Notes: generated by a model from the sequence alone, not told the origin. DNA of 64,000 nucleotides from Bacteroidia bacterium (GCA_045805205.1 JBJMLR010000007.1:114467-178466), one strand, 5' to 3'. Counted from the stretch's first letter, positions 29,536 through 39,496 are shown. Made by a program: numbers and translations.

Positions 29536-30834
29536 TTAGAAGTCCCTGTTGATGTCCCACTGCTCCAGGTAATCGGCAACCTTCCTCACAAATTTCCCTC
29601 CGAGCGAGCCATCCACGATCCGGTGATCATATGAGTGGGATAAGTACATAAAGTGCCTGATCCCGATGAGGTCCCCGTCTGGTGTTTCGATCACTGCGGG
29701 CTTCTTCTTTATTGCGCCTACGGCCATGATCGCAACCTGCGGCTGGTTGATGATGGGTGTTCCCATTACGTTACCGAAAGAGCCCACGTTGGTGATCGTG
29801 TAGGTTCCGCCGCTGATCTCGTCAGGAGAAAGTTTATTGTTTCGTGCCCGGTTCGCGAGATCGTTTACCTGCTTGGTCAGTCCGGTCAGGTTAAGCATGT
29901 CCGCATTTTTGATCACGGGAACAATAAGATTTCCGCTCGGAAGAGCCGTTGCCATGCCGATATTGATATTTTTTCTCTTGATGATCTTGCTTCCATCAAG
30001 TGAAACATTGATCATCGGGAAATCTTTGATCGCCTTAACAAGTGCTTCGATGAAGATCGGGGTAAATGTGAGCTTTTCTCCTTCCCGTTTTTCAAAACTG
30101 CCTTTTACTTTATCTCTCCACTTCACGATATTCGTCACATCGGCTTCAACAAAGGAAGTTACATGCGGTGACGTATGCTTGCTCATCACCATGTGATCGG
30201 CGATCAGCTTGCGCATGCGATCCATTTCAATGATCTCATCGCCTGCGTTCACGGAAATCGCCGGTTTTGCATGAGCTGATCCGTTGGAGGAAGGCTCCTG
30301 CACTACTTTCGGCTGAACTGTCGTTTGCTTGCCCTTGTTCGGGATGTAGGCGAGAATATCATTTTTTGTCACCCGTCCGTTCATACCGGTCCCTTCAATG
30401 CTTTCCAGCTCGGTCATCGTGATGCCTTCCTGTTTTGCAATGTTTTTTACAAGAGGAGAATAGAATTTTCCGGAAGCACTTTTTTCAAGCGTTATTGTTT
30501 CCTTCACCGCGGAGGCAGCCAGCTCTTTCTGGACATTATTGGATTGTGCAGCCACCGGCGTTTTTACTTCAGGTACTTCAACTGCTGCATTTGCATCGGT
30601 CGAGATGATCGCGATCGCTTTTCCAACCTGCACCACGTCTCCTTCATTGAAAAGCCGCTTGACCAGTGTGCCTTCAGCAGTGGAAGGAATCTCAGAATCT
30701 ACTTTATCGGTTGCAATCTCGAGTACGGTTTCGTCCGCCGCGATCTTGTCTCCTTCTTTTTTCAGCCACTTGATGATCGTTGCTTCCGCAACACTTTCGC
30801 CCATTTTAGGCATAATCAGCTCTACCTGTGCCAT
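29536..30834 (-). CDS. 2-oxoacid dehydrogenase E2 (dihydrolipoamide acyltransferase), single lipoyl domain
   Basis: MPKMGESV...ATDKVDSE lipoyl site, E3-binding SPLVKNIA...GRVTKND, catalytic DHRIVDG. Confidence 0.93.
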   Translation of the reverse strand: MAQVELIMPKMGESVAEATIIKWLKKEGDKIAADETVLEIATDKVDSEIPSTAEGTLVKRLFNEGDVVQVGKAIAIISTDANAAVEVPEVKTPVAAQSNNVQKELAASAVKETITLEKSASGKFYSPLVKNIAKQEGITMTELESIEGTGMNGRVTKNDILAYIPNKGKQTTVQPKVVQEPSSNGSAHAKPAISVNAGDEIIEMDRMRKLIADHMVMSKHTSPHVTSFVEADVTNIVKWRDKVKGSFEKREGEKLTFTPIFIEALVKAIKDFPMINVSLDGSKIIKRKNINIGMATALPSGNLIVPVIKNADMLNLTGLTKQVNDLANRARNNKLSPDEISGGTYTITNVGSFGNVMGTPIINQPQVAIMAVGAIKKKPAVIETPDGDLIGIRHFMYLSHSYDHRIVDGSLGGKFVRKVADYLEQWDINRDF

Positions 30835-30873
30835 GTCTTTTATGCTATTGAATTAAATTATTTAATAGAATGA

Positions 30874-30881
30874 CAAAAATA
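30874..30881 (-). promoter_or_regulatory. -7 promoter box (TATTTTTG)
   Basis: TAnnTTTG on the minus strand upstream of the E2 gene. Confidence 0.45.
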
Positions 30882-30949
30882 AGCTAATATTTCAGATGTA
30901 CAAGGAGTCCAGGGCAGTTTAAATTAGCATTCGGGAAGGTATGAAAGGA

Positions 30950-30988
30950 GTGAAAATGAAAGAGCCCTCCTTTCAAAAAAGAGGGCCC
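30950..30988 (-). terminator. Probable intrinsic terminator after glyA
   Basis: Minus strand GGGCCCTC...GAGGGCTC stem followed by TTTTCATTTT. Confidence 0.6.
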
Positions 30989-31013
30989 GGTATAAAATGG
31001 CGATAAAAAAAGA

Positions 31014-32285
31014 TCAGGCGAAAAGAGGGTAGACCTTCATCAGCTTATTCACTTCTTTTTTTACTTCTGCGATCGCTTTTTCGTTATCGTGATTCATCAA
31101 TACTTTATCGATGAGGTTAACGATTTTCGGAATTTGCTTTTCTTTGATTCCGCGGGTGGTGATAGCCGATGTTCCGATCCGGATCCCCGATGTAACGAAC
31201 GGCGACTTATCATCGAAAGGAACCATGTTCTTGTTCACGGTGATATCGGCTTTAACGAGTGTTGTTTCCGCCAGTTTTCCCGTAAGGTTCTTTGAGCGAA
31301 GATCGATAAGCATGCAATGGTTATCAGTTCCGTTCGAAATTACTTTATAGCCTTTATCAACGAAGCACTGCGCCATCAGCTTTGCATTCTTCATTACCTG
31401 GATGCAATATTTCATATAGCTGTCATCCAGCGCTTCGCCGAATGCCACGGCTTTTGCAGCGATCACATGCTCGAGCGGTCCTCCCTGTGTGCCGGGAAAA
31501 ACAGCAGCATCGAGCATCTGCGACATCATCTTGATCTCACCTTTCGGCGTTTTTTCGCCCCATGGATTCGGAAAGTCCTTTCCGATCATGATCATTCCAC
31601 CGCGCGGTCCGCGAAGCGTTTTATGCGTCGTTGTTGTCACCACATGACAATATGGAAGCGGATCATTCATTAATCCTCTTGCGATCAGTCCGGAAGGATG
31701 TGAAATATCTGCCATCAGCAGCGCACCGACCTTATCCGCGATCTGGCGAAGTTTTTTGTAATCCCAGTCGCGGGAATAAGACGAAGCGCCGCAGATAATA
31801 AGCTTTGGCTGCTCTTTCACGGCGATCTGCTCTACTTTATTAAAATCAACGCGTCCGGTTTTTTCTTCGACGCCATAGAAGCTCGGAACATACAGCTTCC
31901 CGGAAAAGTTCACGGGCGAACCGTGGGTCAGGTGTCCGCCATGCGAGAGATCGAATCCGAGGATCTTGTCGCCGGGCTTCAGAATGGCCAGCATCACCGC
32001 CGCATTTGCCTGTGCTCCGGAATGAGGCTGAACATTCACCCACTCCGCGTTAAATAATTTTTTAGCTCTGTCGATCGCAAGCTGTTCCACTTTGTCGACA
32101 ACTTCACAACCGCCATAATAGCGCTTTCCGGGCAGTCCTTCTGCATATTTGTTCGTGAGGACGGAGCCCATAGCCTTCATCACACTTTCGCTGACATAAT
32201 TTTCAGAAGCGATCAATTCAAGTCCAATGGTCTGACGTTTTTTCTCTTCTGCAATAAGCTCGAAAACTGCGGTGTCTTTTTTCAT
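31014..32285 (-). CDS. glyA: Serine hydroxymethyltransferase
   Basis: [42 protein letters not shown] (PLP lysine). ATG 32285 preferred to TTG 32315. Confidence 0.97.
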   Translation of the reverse strand: MKKDTAVFELIAEEKKRQTIGLELIASENYVSESVMKAMGSVLTNKYAEGLPGKRYYGGCEVVDKVEQLAIDRAKKLFNAEWVNVQPHSGAQANAAVMLAILKPGDKILGFDLSHGGHLTHGSPVNFSGKLYVPSFYGVEEKTGRVDFNKVEQIAVKEQPKLIICGASSYSRDWDYKKLRQIADKVGALLMADISHPSGLIARGLMNDPLPYCHVVTTTTHKTLRGPRGGMIMIGKDFPNPWGEKTPKGEIKMMSQMLDAAVFPGTQGGPLEHVIAAKAVAFGEALDDSYMKYCIQVMKNAKLMAQCFVDKGYKVISNGTDNHCMLIDLRSKNLTGKLAETTLVKADITVNKNMVPFDDKSPFVTSGIRIGTSAITTRGIKEKQIPKIVNLIDKVLMNHDNEKAIAEVKKEVNKLMKVYPLFA

Positions 32286-32331
32286 AAGTGGATCGGATAA
32301 ATTTAATTCAGGCAAAAATAAAATTTAGTTT

Positions 32332-32832
32332 TTAACTATTTCGCCTTTGTGCTTTTTCTTTTTCAGAAAGTTTCAGCGCAGGGATCAGGATCATCAGGAG
32401 CACGGGCGATTGTGCCATCCCCATCAGGTAACGGGCGAATTCATACATTTTTTCTGAAATGCCCGTGAACATGTACCCCGAGGCGATAAAAATGCCGGAA
32501 ATGGTAATTATCCCTGCATAGGTCAACAAGCAGAGCTTTCGATATCGGTGATCGCCGAACAGCAGCCGGAGTGCCCAGACGGAAAGCAAAAAATAAAATA
32601 GACTGAAAAGCAGGGTAAGTAACCATTTTAGATTCACCAGCGTATCATAGTCGTAATTTTCCAGGAAGGAAAGCGGCGCGGGAAGAAAGTAATCCTGGTC
32701 GTTATCCCACGCCCGGAGAAGTGCATTTATCGATTTGAAGATATAGTCTCTGAAATAGCCGGACAGGATGATCAAGGAAAGCAAAAGGGTGGCGTAAATA
32801 AAGAATTTTATGCTTTTTCTACCTTTTGTCAT
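32332..32832 (-). CDS. Exosortase-associated membrane protein (XrtX/XrtF-associated type)
   Basis: About 4 TM segments, KWLLTLLF and ARYLMGMAQSPVLLMIL motifs, 5.8 kb from an exosortase gene. Family recognised from memory, not searched. Confidence 0.55.
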   Translation of the reverse strand: MTKGRKSIKFFIYATLLLSLIILSGYFRDYIFKSINALLRAWDNDQDYFLPAPLSFLENYDYDTLVNLKWLLTLLFSLFYFLLSVWALRLLFGDHRYRKLCLLTYAGIITISGIFIASGYMFTGISEKMYEFARYLMGMAQSPVLLMILIPALKLSEKEKAQRRNS

Positions 32833-32836
32833 GGTT

Positions 32837-32868
32837 CAAAAGTAGGATTATTCCCCGTTTGTCGCAAA
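32837..32868 (-). promoter_or_regulatory. Full Bacteroidota sigma-70 promoter (TTTG-N20-TACTTTTG)
   Basis: Minus strand TTTG at 32868-32865 and TACTTTTG at 32844-32837, 20-nt spacer. Confidence 0.65.
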
Positions 32869-32957
32869 AAAGGAGCCTAACGTCTAAAAATCACTTAGAT
32901 TATTTCGTTTTTCTCGTATATTTAGAGTGCAAATAAGCTTTCGGGCTGAAACCATCT

Positions 32958-32965
32958 TACTTTTG
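32958..32965 (+). promoter_or_regulatory. -7 promoter box (TACTTTTG) for the 1884-aa gene
   Basis: Exact TAnnTTTG upstream of ATG 33014. Confidence 0.5.
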
Positions 32966-33013
32966 ACATAGTTCCGTGTAGTAATTGCTTTTGAATCCGG
33001 ACTTAAACTTTAT

Positions 33014-36000
33014 ATGAATAGAAAAAGCTACTCCCTTTTTTTAATTCTTTTTTTTGCGCTTTCTGCAGGGAAAATATTTTCAGCTACTTTTTATTGTCGT
33101 GCGAATGGGAATTGGGCAACCGCATCTACCTGGTCGGTCGTTTCCTGCAGCGGTGCATCTGCGGCCTCTATTCCCGGGGCGGGTGATGCTGTGGTCATTT
33201 GCGCAGGCCGTACCGTTACCATGAATGGCAATCCCGGCGCGTGTCTGTCACTTATCGTTAACGGAACGGCTAACTGGACCTCTGCATTTACGACGAATGT
33301 CGGTGCGGGCGGACTGACCCTGAATACCGGTGCAGTATTATCGGGAACGGCGGTCGGAACTTTGAATGTCGCCGGTACGCTCACTCAATCGGGAACAGCT
33401 ACGATCGGAGGCATCACGCTTGCGGTGACGGGAGCGACAAGTGTTTCCGGAACAATGACATTTAATAATGCGGGTGGCACAAAAACATTTTCGAGCGTAA
33501 CGATCAATGCTCCCGGGGACTTTAGCAGCTCAGTGGCGGAAACATACGCCGTGAGCGGAAATCTCGTAATGAACGGAGGAAGCCTCACGGGATCCAGCAG
33601 TGGTATCATGACAGTGGGCGGCACATTTACGATCATGGCCGGCACTTCAGCGGCGCTGGGAAATATGAACCTCTCGGTAACCGGCCTGACGTCTATTAAC
33701 GGAGCGCTTACGGATAACAGCACAGGCGGCTCGAATGTATTTAATAACGTGGATCTTAATTCTACCGGTAGCTTTAACAATACTGCGGCGGAAACCTATA
33801 CGATCAATGGCAATCTCAGCACATACGGGGGAGATTTTATTGCGACGGGTGCCACTCCTGTTTTCAATATTGCGGGTAATTTCAATGTGGTATCGGGTGT
33901 TTGTGATGTGAGCCGCATTAAGTTCACGATCGGCGGAACTACAACAATCGCGGGGACGCTGGATATAAACAGCGTCCGGGGAACGAAGACATTCAATAAC
34001 ATCGTTGTCACATCTACGGGAACATTTAATTCTACTGTTGCTGAAAATTATGCTGTTAATGGAAATATCCAGGTTGACGGAACTTTTAATGCTAATTCAG
34101 GAGTGTGGACGCTTTCGGGATCAGGAAAAACGATCAGCGGAACAACTGCGATCACCTTCGATGACATTACCGACAACGGTTCATATACCAACAGCGCATC
34201 TGTTACGCTGGGCACAAGCCTGGGCGGAACCGGAACCTGGAGCCAGGCTGCAACCGGAACAGTGAACCTGCCGATCAGCAATGCAAATTTTTCGGTCAAC
34301 ATTTTCAATGCCTCTGCGGCCGGAAATACGGTGATCTACAGCCGTGCCGGAAATCAGACCGTGATCGCGCCGAATGACGGAAGCTATTCCAATCTTACGC
34401 TGTCGAATAGCGGAACCAAGCAGCTTGCCGCGGCTACCGTCGTGGGAAAAAATGTATTGATAAGCGGCTCCGCTGCATTCGATTCAAATAATAAGAACCT
34501 GACGGTTGGCGGTAATTTTACTAATAACAGCACATTTACGCCTGGAACGGCAACTGTTACCTTGAATGGTTCTTCAGCTCAAACCCTGGGCGGAACATCC
34601 GTTACCGGCTTTAATAATCTCACAGTAAACAACGCGGCCGGAATTACACTGGGAAACAGTATTACTGTCGGCGGAGCGCTTGCGTTCACTTCCGGCGTGA
34701 TCACCACTTCAGCAAATAAAGTAACGATCAATTCGGGTGGTTCTGTTTCCGGTGCGGGAACTTCTAAATTTGTCAACGGATTCCTTGAAAAAGCTGTTTC
34801 CATCGGCTCTTCGGTTTCGCGCACATTTGAAGTGGGATCCGGCACTACGGATTATCTCCCGCTGACACTCCTGTTCGGAACGGTTTCATCGGTCGCGGGG
34901 AAGATCACTGTGAAAGTTAACAACGGCGATCATCCGAATATCGGTACATCCGTAATTGATGATCTGAAAAGTGTTAATCGTTACTGGTCGATCACCAACT
35001 CAGGAACAACATTTACCAACTATACGGCAACCTGTAATTTTATCGGGGTGCCTTCCGATGCGGATGCAGGCTCGATAACTGCGAACTATTACATGGCGAT
35101 CTATAACGCCGGTGCATGGACCTTGCTTACAAGAGGAACTGTTGCTGCTACATCCAACCAGGCAACGGGCGTCACAACTGTCGGAGATCTCCAGATCGGG
35201 GAAAAGCGTCAGTCGAGCGTTGTGATCACTGCAAGTCCTTCGGGTACTGTTTGTGCGGGTACCAATGTAACATTTACTGCAACTCCGACGAACGGGGGAA
35301 CGACACCAACGTACCAGTGGAAAAAGAATGGTGTGAATATCGGCGGTGCAACTGCATCCACTTATTCGACCACAACGCTTGTCACGGGCGATGTGATCAC
35401 TTGTCTCATGACTTCCAGTCTTGTGGGTGTTCTTGGCAGCCCGTCGCTTTCCAATTCAATTACAATGACCGTAACTCCAAGTGTTCCGGTAAGCGTAAGC
35501 ATTGCGGTCAGTCCTTCCCCGACCATCTGTGCCGGAGCCAGCGTGACGTTTACTGCGACACCAACGAACGGCGGAACGGTTCCGTTTTACCAGTGGCAGG
35601 TGAATGGTTCCAATGTAGGAACGAACAGTCCGACGTATACCAGCTCGACGCTGACGAACGGACAGATCGTGACGTGTATCCTGACCTCGAATGTGACTTG
35701 TCCTTCCGGGAACCCTGCAACATCGAATGCGATCACGATGACCGTGAACCCTGTACTTCCTGTGAGTATTTCAATTTCAGCAAGTCCGTCATCAACCGTT
35801 TGTGCCGGAACAAATGTGACTTTCACAGCAACACCGACGAACGGCGGCGCAACGCCAGCATATCAATGGAAGAAGAATGCTGTGAACATCGGCGGTGCTA
35901 CAGCTTCCACTTATTCCTCTTCGGCACTGGTTACGGGTGATGTGATCACCTGCCAGCTGACATCCAGCGCTACCTGTATCAGTGGAAGTCCTGCTACATC

Positions 36001-38668
36001 GAATGCGATCACTATGACGGTGAATCCAAATTTACCGGTGAGCGTGAGCATTTCTGCAAGTCCATCATCAACGATCTGCTCGGGAACGAATGTGACTTTC
36101 ACGGCAACTCCGACAAACGGCGGTGGCGCTCCTGTATATCAATGGAAGAAGAACGCTGTGAACATCGGCGGTGCCACATCATCCACTTATTCTACAACAA
36201 CACTTGTGAACGGTGATGTGATCACTTGTCAGCTTACTTCCAGCGCAACCTGTATTACCGGCAGTCCGGCAACTTCCAATTCGATCACGATAACAGTGAA
36301 TCCGAATTTACCGGTGAGTGTCACTATTGCTGCGAGTCCTTCGTCAACGATTTGTGCCGGAACCAGCGTAACATTTACCGCGACACCGACGAACGGCGGA
36401 ACGGTTCCATCCTACCAGTGGCAGGTGAATGGTTCCAATGTGGGAACAAACAGCCCGACGTATACCAGCTCAGCGCTGACGAACGGACAGATCGTGACGT
36501 GTATCCTGACCTCGAATGTTACGTGTCCTTCCGGGAATCCGGCGACATCGAATGCGATCACGATGACCGTAAACCCGATCGTTACAGCAAGTGTTACCAT
36601 TGCAGCAAGTCCATCGGGAACGATCTGCTCGGGTACTTCTGTTACATTCACAGCTACGCCTGTAAATGGCGGGGCAGCTCCTGTATATCAGTGGAAGCTG
36701 AACGGAAGCAGTGTAGGAATTAATTCTCCGACATATACAAACGCTTCGCTTGCAAGCGGTGATGCGATCACGTGCGTGATGACCTCCAATGCAGCCTGCG
36801 TAGTAACCGCAACGGTCAACAGCAATACGATCAACATGACTGTTACCGCACCGGGAACGTGGCTTGGAACAGTTTCTAACAATTGGAACGCAGCCGGAAA
36901 TTGGTGCGGAGGAGTTCCCACATCGACAACGGATGTAACCATTCCTGCCGGTGCGAGCTTCTATCCGCAGCTTACAGCGAATGCCAGTTGCCGCGGCATC
37001 AATATTAACGCGGGCGGGTCATTCAGTCTCAGCAGCTTCAACATTAATGTAAAAGGCAACTGGGTGAACAATGGTACATTTAACCAGGGAACCGGAACCG
37101 TAGTATTTGACGGAGCAGCAGCGCAAACGATCCTGACGGCAGGAACCATGAGCTTCAACAACCTAACCATCAACAACGCTGCGGGTGTGATGCTCGCCGG
37201 AGGTTCATACAGCCTGGACGGAGCATTAACCTGCAGTGCAGGAACTTTCAACACCAATGGCAAGAGCTTTACGATGACATCAACGGCAGCCCGGACGGCA
37301 CGCATTGCTCCGATCACGGGAACCGGTGCAATTACCGGTGATTTTACCGTCCAGCGATTCCTGTCGGCACGTGATACTACCTTCTGTGATCTTGCTTCGC
37401 CGGTCGCCGGAACTAATTTCGATGACTGGAACGCGGAATTGCCGGCCATAAGCTATAGCTATTCACCACCGTATAATGAGCCATCGGCGTACACCTACGA
37501 TGAGACCGGTGATGTGTATGTACCGATCACATCTTCGGCAACAGCGCTGACCTCGGGTAAAGGATACGAAATTTTTGTCGCAGGTGATTTCAGCTATTCG
37601 GGTCTTCCGAATACGACACTTAACCTGACCGGTATACCTGCACAGGGGACAAGAAATCTGAGTGCGTTCATTTCAAATAATGCACAGGGCTGGAACCTTG
37701 TGGGTAATCCTTTTGCTTCCAGCATTTCGTGGGCATCGGTGTACGCTGCTTCCGGTGCGGCATCCAGCGGACTCTATGATTATATCGAGATGTATGACTA
37801 TACGATCGCCGACTGGAACGGATATACGTCTGCCGATGGAATTGAAATTGGTTCGGGACAAGGCTTCTGGGTTTACGGTTTGCCAGGCGCAACAGGTCTC
37901 ACGCTGATCATTCCGGAATCATCGAAAACAAGCTCATCGAACAGCTCTATCAAAACAATGACGAACGGCCAATACCTTTCGCTGCAATTGTCGGGAGATC
38001 AGCATTCGTTTGCGCATACGTTCCGCGTGCGTGTATTGCCTGATGCGTTGAATGGCATCGATGCACTCGATATCCCGTTCAGAAAAAGCCCGAACCTCGC
38101 CACACCTCAGTTATATTCTGTCGTTGAAGGAAGAAAGATCAATACCAATTCATTTAATGGCTCGGATGACAATTATACTATTCCCTTAGAGTCAAAAGCA
38201 ACTTATAGCGGACATTACAGCCTGGATGTTTCCGGGGTCCGGAATATTTCCCGGTATGCGTGCATCAGTCTTGAAGACAAATTCCTTGGAAAAACGATCG
38301 ATCTCACAGCGGTAAGCCGTTATGAGTTTGATATGGATACGGCGGATCGCGCTGATCGTTTTGCCTTGCATTTCAGCAAAACCGGCGACTGTAAAGCAAC
38401 GCAGGCTCAGCAAAACGCGGAGGGGAACCAGTTTGTAGAGGTGCTGCCATCTGCTGCCGGAAGTCATATCAACTTCAGCTTTAATGAATCCACGCCGGTA
38501 ACGGTTGAGGTAATGAACACACTCGGACAGTCGATCGTTCCGGAATTGGAAACAACGGCGGGTTATTCATCGCAGGAGATCCGCTTGCCGGATGATTATT
38601 CGGGACTTTATATTGTTCGCATCACTTCTGCGAAGGGCGTTGTGGTAAAGAAGCTTTACCGGAACTGA
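33014..38668 (+). CDS. Large T9SS cargo / adhesin: beta-helix-like N-terminus, six Ig-like repeats, GWNLVGNP module, type A CTD
   Basis: Signal peptide, G8-like N-terminal motif, tandem Ig repeats, C-terminal NTLGQ...GLYIVRI...KKL. Confidence 0.85.
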   Translation: MNRKSYSLFLILFFALSAGKIFSATFYCRANGNWATASTWSVVSCSGASAASIPGAGDAVVICAGRTVTMNGNPGACLSLIVNGTANWTSAFTTNVGAGGLTLNTGAVLSGTAVGTLNVAGTLTQSGTATIGGITLAVTGATSVSGTMTFNNAGGTKTFSSVTINAPGDFSSSVAETYAVSGNLVMNGGSLTGSSSGIMTVGGTFTIMAGTSAALGNMNLSVTGLTSINGALTDNSTGGSNVFNNVDLNSTGSFNNTAAETYTINGNLSTYGGDFIATGATPVFNIAGNFNVVSGVCDVSRIKFTIGGTTTIAGTLDINSVRGTKTFNNIVVTSTGTFNSTVAENYAVNGNIQVDGTFNANSGVWTLSGSGKTISGTTAITFDDITDNGSYTNSASVTLGTSLGGTGTWSQAATGTVNLPISNANFSVNIFNASAAGNTVIYSRAGNQTVIAPNDGSYSNLTLSNSGTKQLAAATVVGKNVLISGSAAFDSNNKNLTVGGNFTNNSTFTPGTATVTLNGSSAQTLGGTSVTGFNNLTVNNAAGITLGNSITVGGALAFTSGVITTSANKVTINSGGSVSGAGTSKFVNGFLEKAVSIGSSVSRTFEVGSGTTDYLPLTLLFGTVSSVAGKITVKVNNGDHPNIGTSVIDDLKSVNRYWSITNSGTTFTNYTATCNFIGVPSDADAGSITANYYMAIYNAGAWTLLTRGTVAATSNQATGVTTVGDLQIGEKRQSSVVITASPSGTVCAGTNVTFTATPTNGGTTPTYQWKKNGVNIGGATASTYSTTTLVTGDVITCLMTSSLVGVLGSPSLSNSITMTVTPSVPVSVSIAVSPSPTICAGASVTFTATPTNGGTVPFYQWQVNGSNVGTNSPTYTSSTLTNGQIVTCILTSNVTCPSGNPATSNAITMTVNPVLPVSISISASPSSTVCAGTNVTFTATPTNGGATPAYQWKKNAVNIGGATASTYSSSALVTGDVITCQLTSSATCISGSPATSNAITMTVNPNLPVSVSISASPSSTICSGTNVTFTATPTNGGGAPVYQWKKNAVNIGGATSSTYSTTTLVNGDVITCQLTSSATCITGSPATSNSITITVNPNLPVSVTIAASPSSTICAGTSVTFTATPTNGGTVPSYQWQVNGSNVGTNSPTYTSSALTNGQIVTCILTSNVTCPSGNPATSNAITMTVNPIVTASVTIAASPSGTICSGTSVTFTATPVNGGAAPVYQWKLNGSSVGINSPTYTNASLASGDAITCVMTSNAACVVTATVNSNTINMTVTAPGTWLGTVSNNWNAAGNWCGGVPTSTTDVTIPAGASFYPQLTANASCRGININAGGSFSLSSFNINVKGNWVNNGTFNQGTGTVVFDGAAAQTILTAGTMSFNNLTINNAAGVMLAGGSYSLDGALTCSAGTFNTNGKSFTMTSTAARTARIAPITGTGAITGDFTVQRFLSARDTTFCDLASPVAGTNFDDWNAELPAISYSYSPPYNEPSAYTYDETGDVYVPITSSATALTSGKGYEIFVAGDFSYSGLPNTTLNLTGIPAQGTRNLSAFISNNAQGWNLVGNPFASSISWASVYAASGAASSGLYDYIEMYDYTIADWNGYTSADGIEIGSGQGFWVYGLPGATGLTLIIPESSKTSSSNSSIKTMTNGQYLSLQLSGDQHSFAHTFRVRVLPDALNGIDALDIPFRKSPNLATPQLYSVVEGRKINTNSFNGSDDNYTIPLESKATYSGHYSLDVSGVRNISRYACISLEDKFLGKTIDLTAVSRYEFDMDTADRADRFALHFSKTGDCKATQAQQNAEGNQFVEVLPSAAGSHINFSFNESTPVTVEVMNTLGQSIVPELETTAGYSSQEIRLPDDYSGLYIVRITSAKGVVVKKLYRN
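35216..36850 (+). repeat. Six tandem ~91-92-aa Ig-like repeats
   Basis: Unit SVxIxASPSxTICxGTxVTFTATPTNGG..PxYQW..NG...TY....L..GD.ITC..TS...C....A.SN.ITMTV. Confidence 0.92.
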
Positions 38669-39187
38669 TCAGGTCCTGTCAGCGAAACGGTTCACCCAGA
38701 TCATCCATAACCAGAAAATGAATCCGAGGATCACAATGTTGAATGTATAGGCGTGATTGAACTCCGTCCAGGCCCGTGAATGGGTGTCGAGGATGGCAAG
38801 GATGACCACCCGGAGTACATTGAGAAGATGGATCAGGATAATCCCTGCGGGGATGAAGAACAGCTTATAGCGGATCCTTCCCTTGTACGCGATGATGAAA
38901 CATGTGAACAAGGCGAATAAGGTGATCCCATTGCAATTATCTCCCATCCAAAGGCCCGAAGCGCCATCGATCCCGATCAGGCGATCGGCTCCGGTAAAAA
39001 CAAGATATCCCATTGCTTCCAGGATCCATTTAGCCATGGAGAGTGTAAGATCAACAATAAAAAGATCGAAGCGTTCGTCGGGGTGGAGCCAGAGATCGTA
39101 TACGAGATACCAGGAAATATAAAGTGAGAAAATGATCAGAAGAAACCGGGCTACAGGATTCTTCAGGAAAGCGATGTTCATGAACAA
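38669..39187 (-). CDS. Short exosortase (XrtF/XrtX type; Exosortase_EpsH superfamily)
   Basis: TM-rich, catalytic triad context DNCNG (Cys), NVLRV (Arg), NHAYTF (His). Confidence 0.85.
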   Translation of the reverse strand: MFMNIAFLKNPVARFLLIIFSLYISWYLVYDLWLHPDERFDLFIVDLTLSMAKWILEAMGYLVFTGADRLIGIDGASGLWMGDNCNGITLFALFTCFIIAYKGRIRYKLFFIPAGIILIHLLNVLRVVILAILDTHSRAWTEFNHAYTFNIVILGFIFWLWMIWVNRFADRT

Positions 39188-39207
39188 CTATAAATAAAGA
39201 ATCCCGG

Positions 39208-39450
39208 TTAAGCGGGATTCTTTTTTAGTGAGCAATATAATTTGTATCCTCCATATGATATGCCTGCGATCAGCAGCAGTACGATCCCACTATCCAACGG
39301 AATCGGACAGGGAGGAAACGGTCCGCCGCAAGGCGTAGGAACTCCCATTCCCATTCCCATACCCATACCGACAGCGAAAGTATTGGAAATGAAAGCCGGT
39401 GCTGCGATGAACACGACGGAGAGCACTATTTTTAAAAATTTCTTATTCAT
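39208..39450 (-). CDS. PID-CTERM sorting-signal mini-protein (80 aa)
   Basis: Signal peptide, (GM)4, PCGGPFPPCPI, PLDSG, TM helix IVLLLIAGISYGGY, basic tail. Directly upstream of the exosortase. Confidence 0.8.
   Translation of the reverse strand: MNKKFLKIVLSVVFIAAPAFISNTFAVGMGMGMGMGVPTPCGGPFPPCPIPLDSGIVLLLIAGISYGGYKLYCSLKKNPA
39343..39369 (-). repeat. Hexamer tandem repeat (GGWATG)x4 encoding GMGMGMGM
   Basis: Plus strand TCCCAT x3 + ACCCAT + ACC. Confidence 0.9.
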
Positions 39451-39468
39451 ATGATCTTATTTGCTTGG

Positions 39469-39476
39469 CAAAGTTA
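39469..39476 (-). promoter_or_regulatory. -7 promoter box (TAACTTTG) for PID-CTERM/exosortase
   Basis: Exact TAnnTTTG in the 46-bp spacer upstream of start 39450. Confidence 0.5.
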
Positions 39477-39496
39477 GTTAATCGGCGGTGCCGGAT

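Noticed and set aside
32286-32331. ZTP or glycine riboswitch upstream of glyA
   Set aside because: Only 46 bp of AT-rich spacer, with no room or structure for an aptamer.
35216-36850. CRISPR-like array
   Set aside because: The repeats are ~275 bp, in-frame coding units without short repeat-spacer structure.
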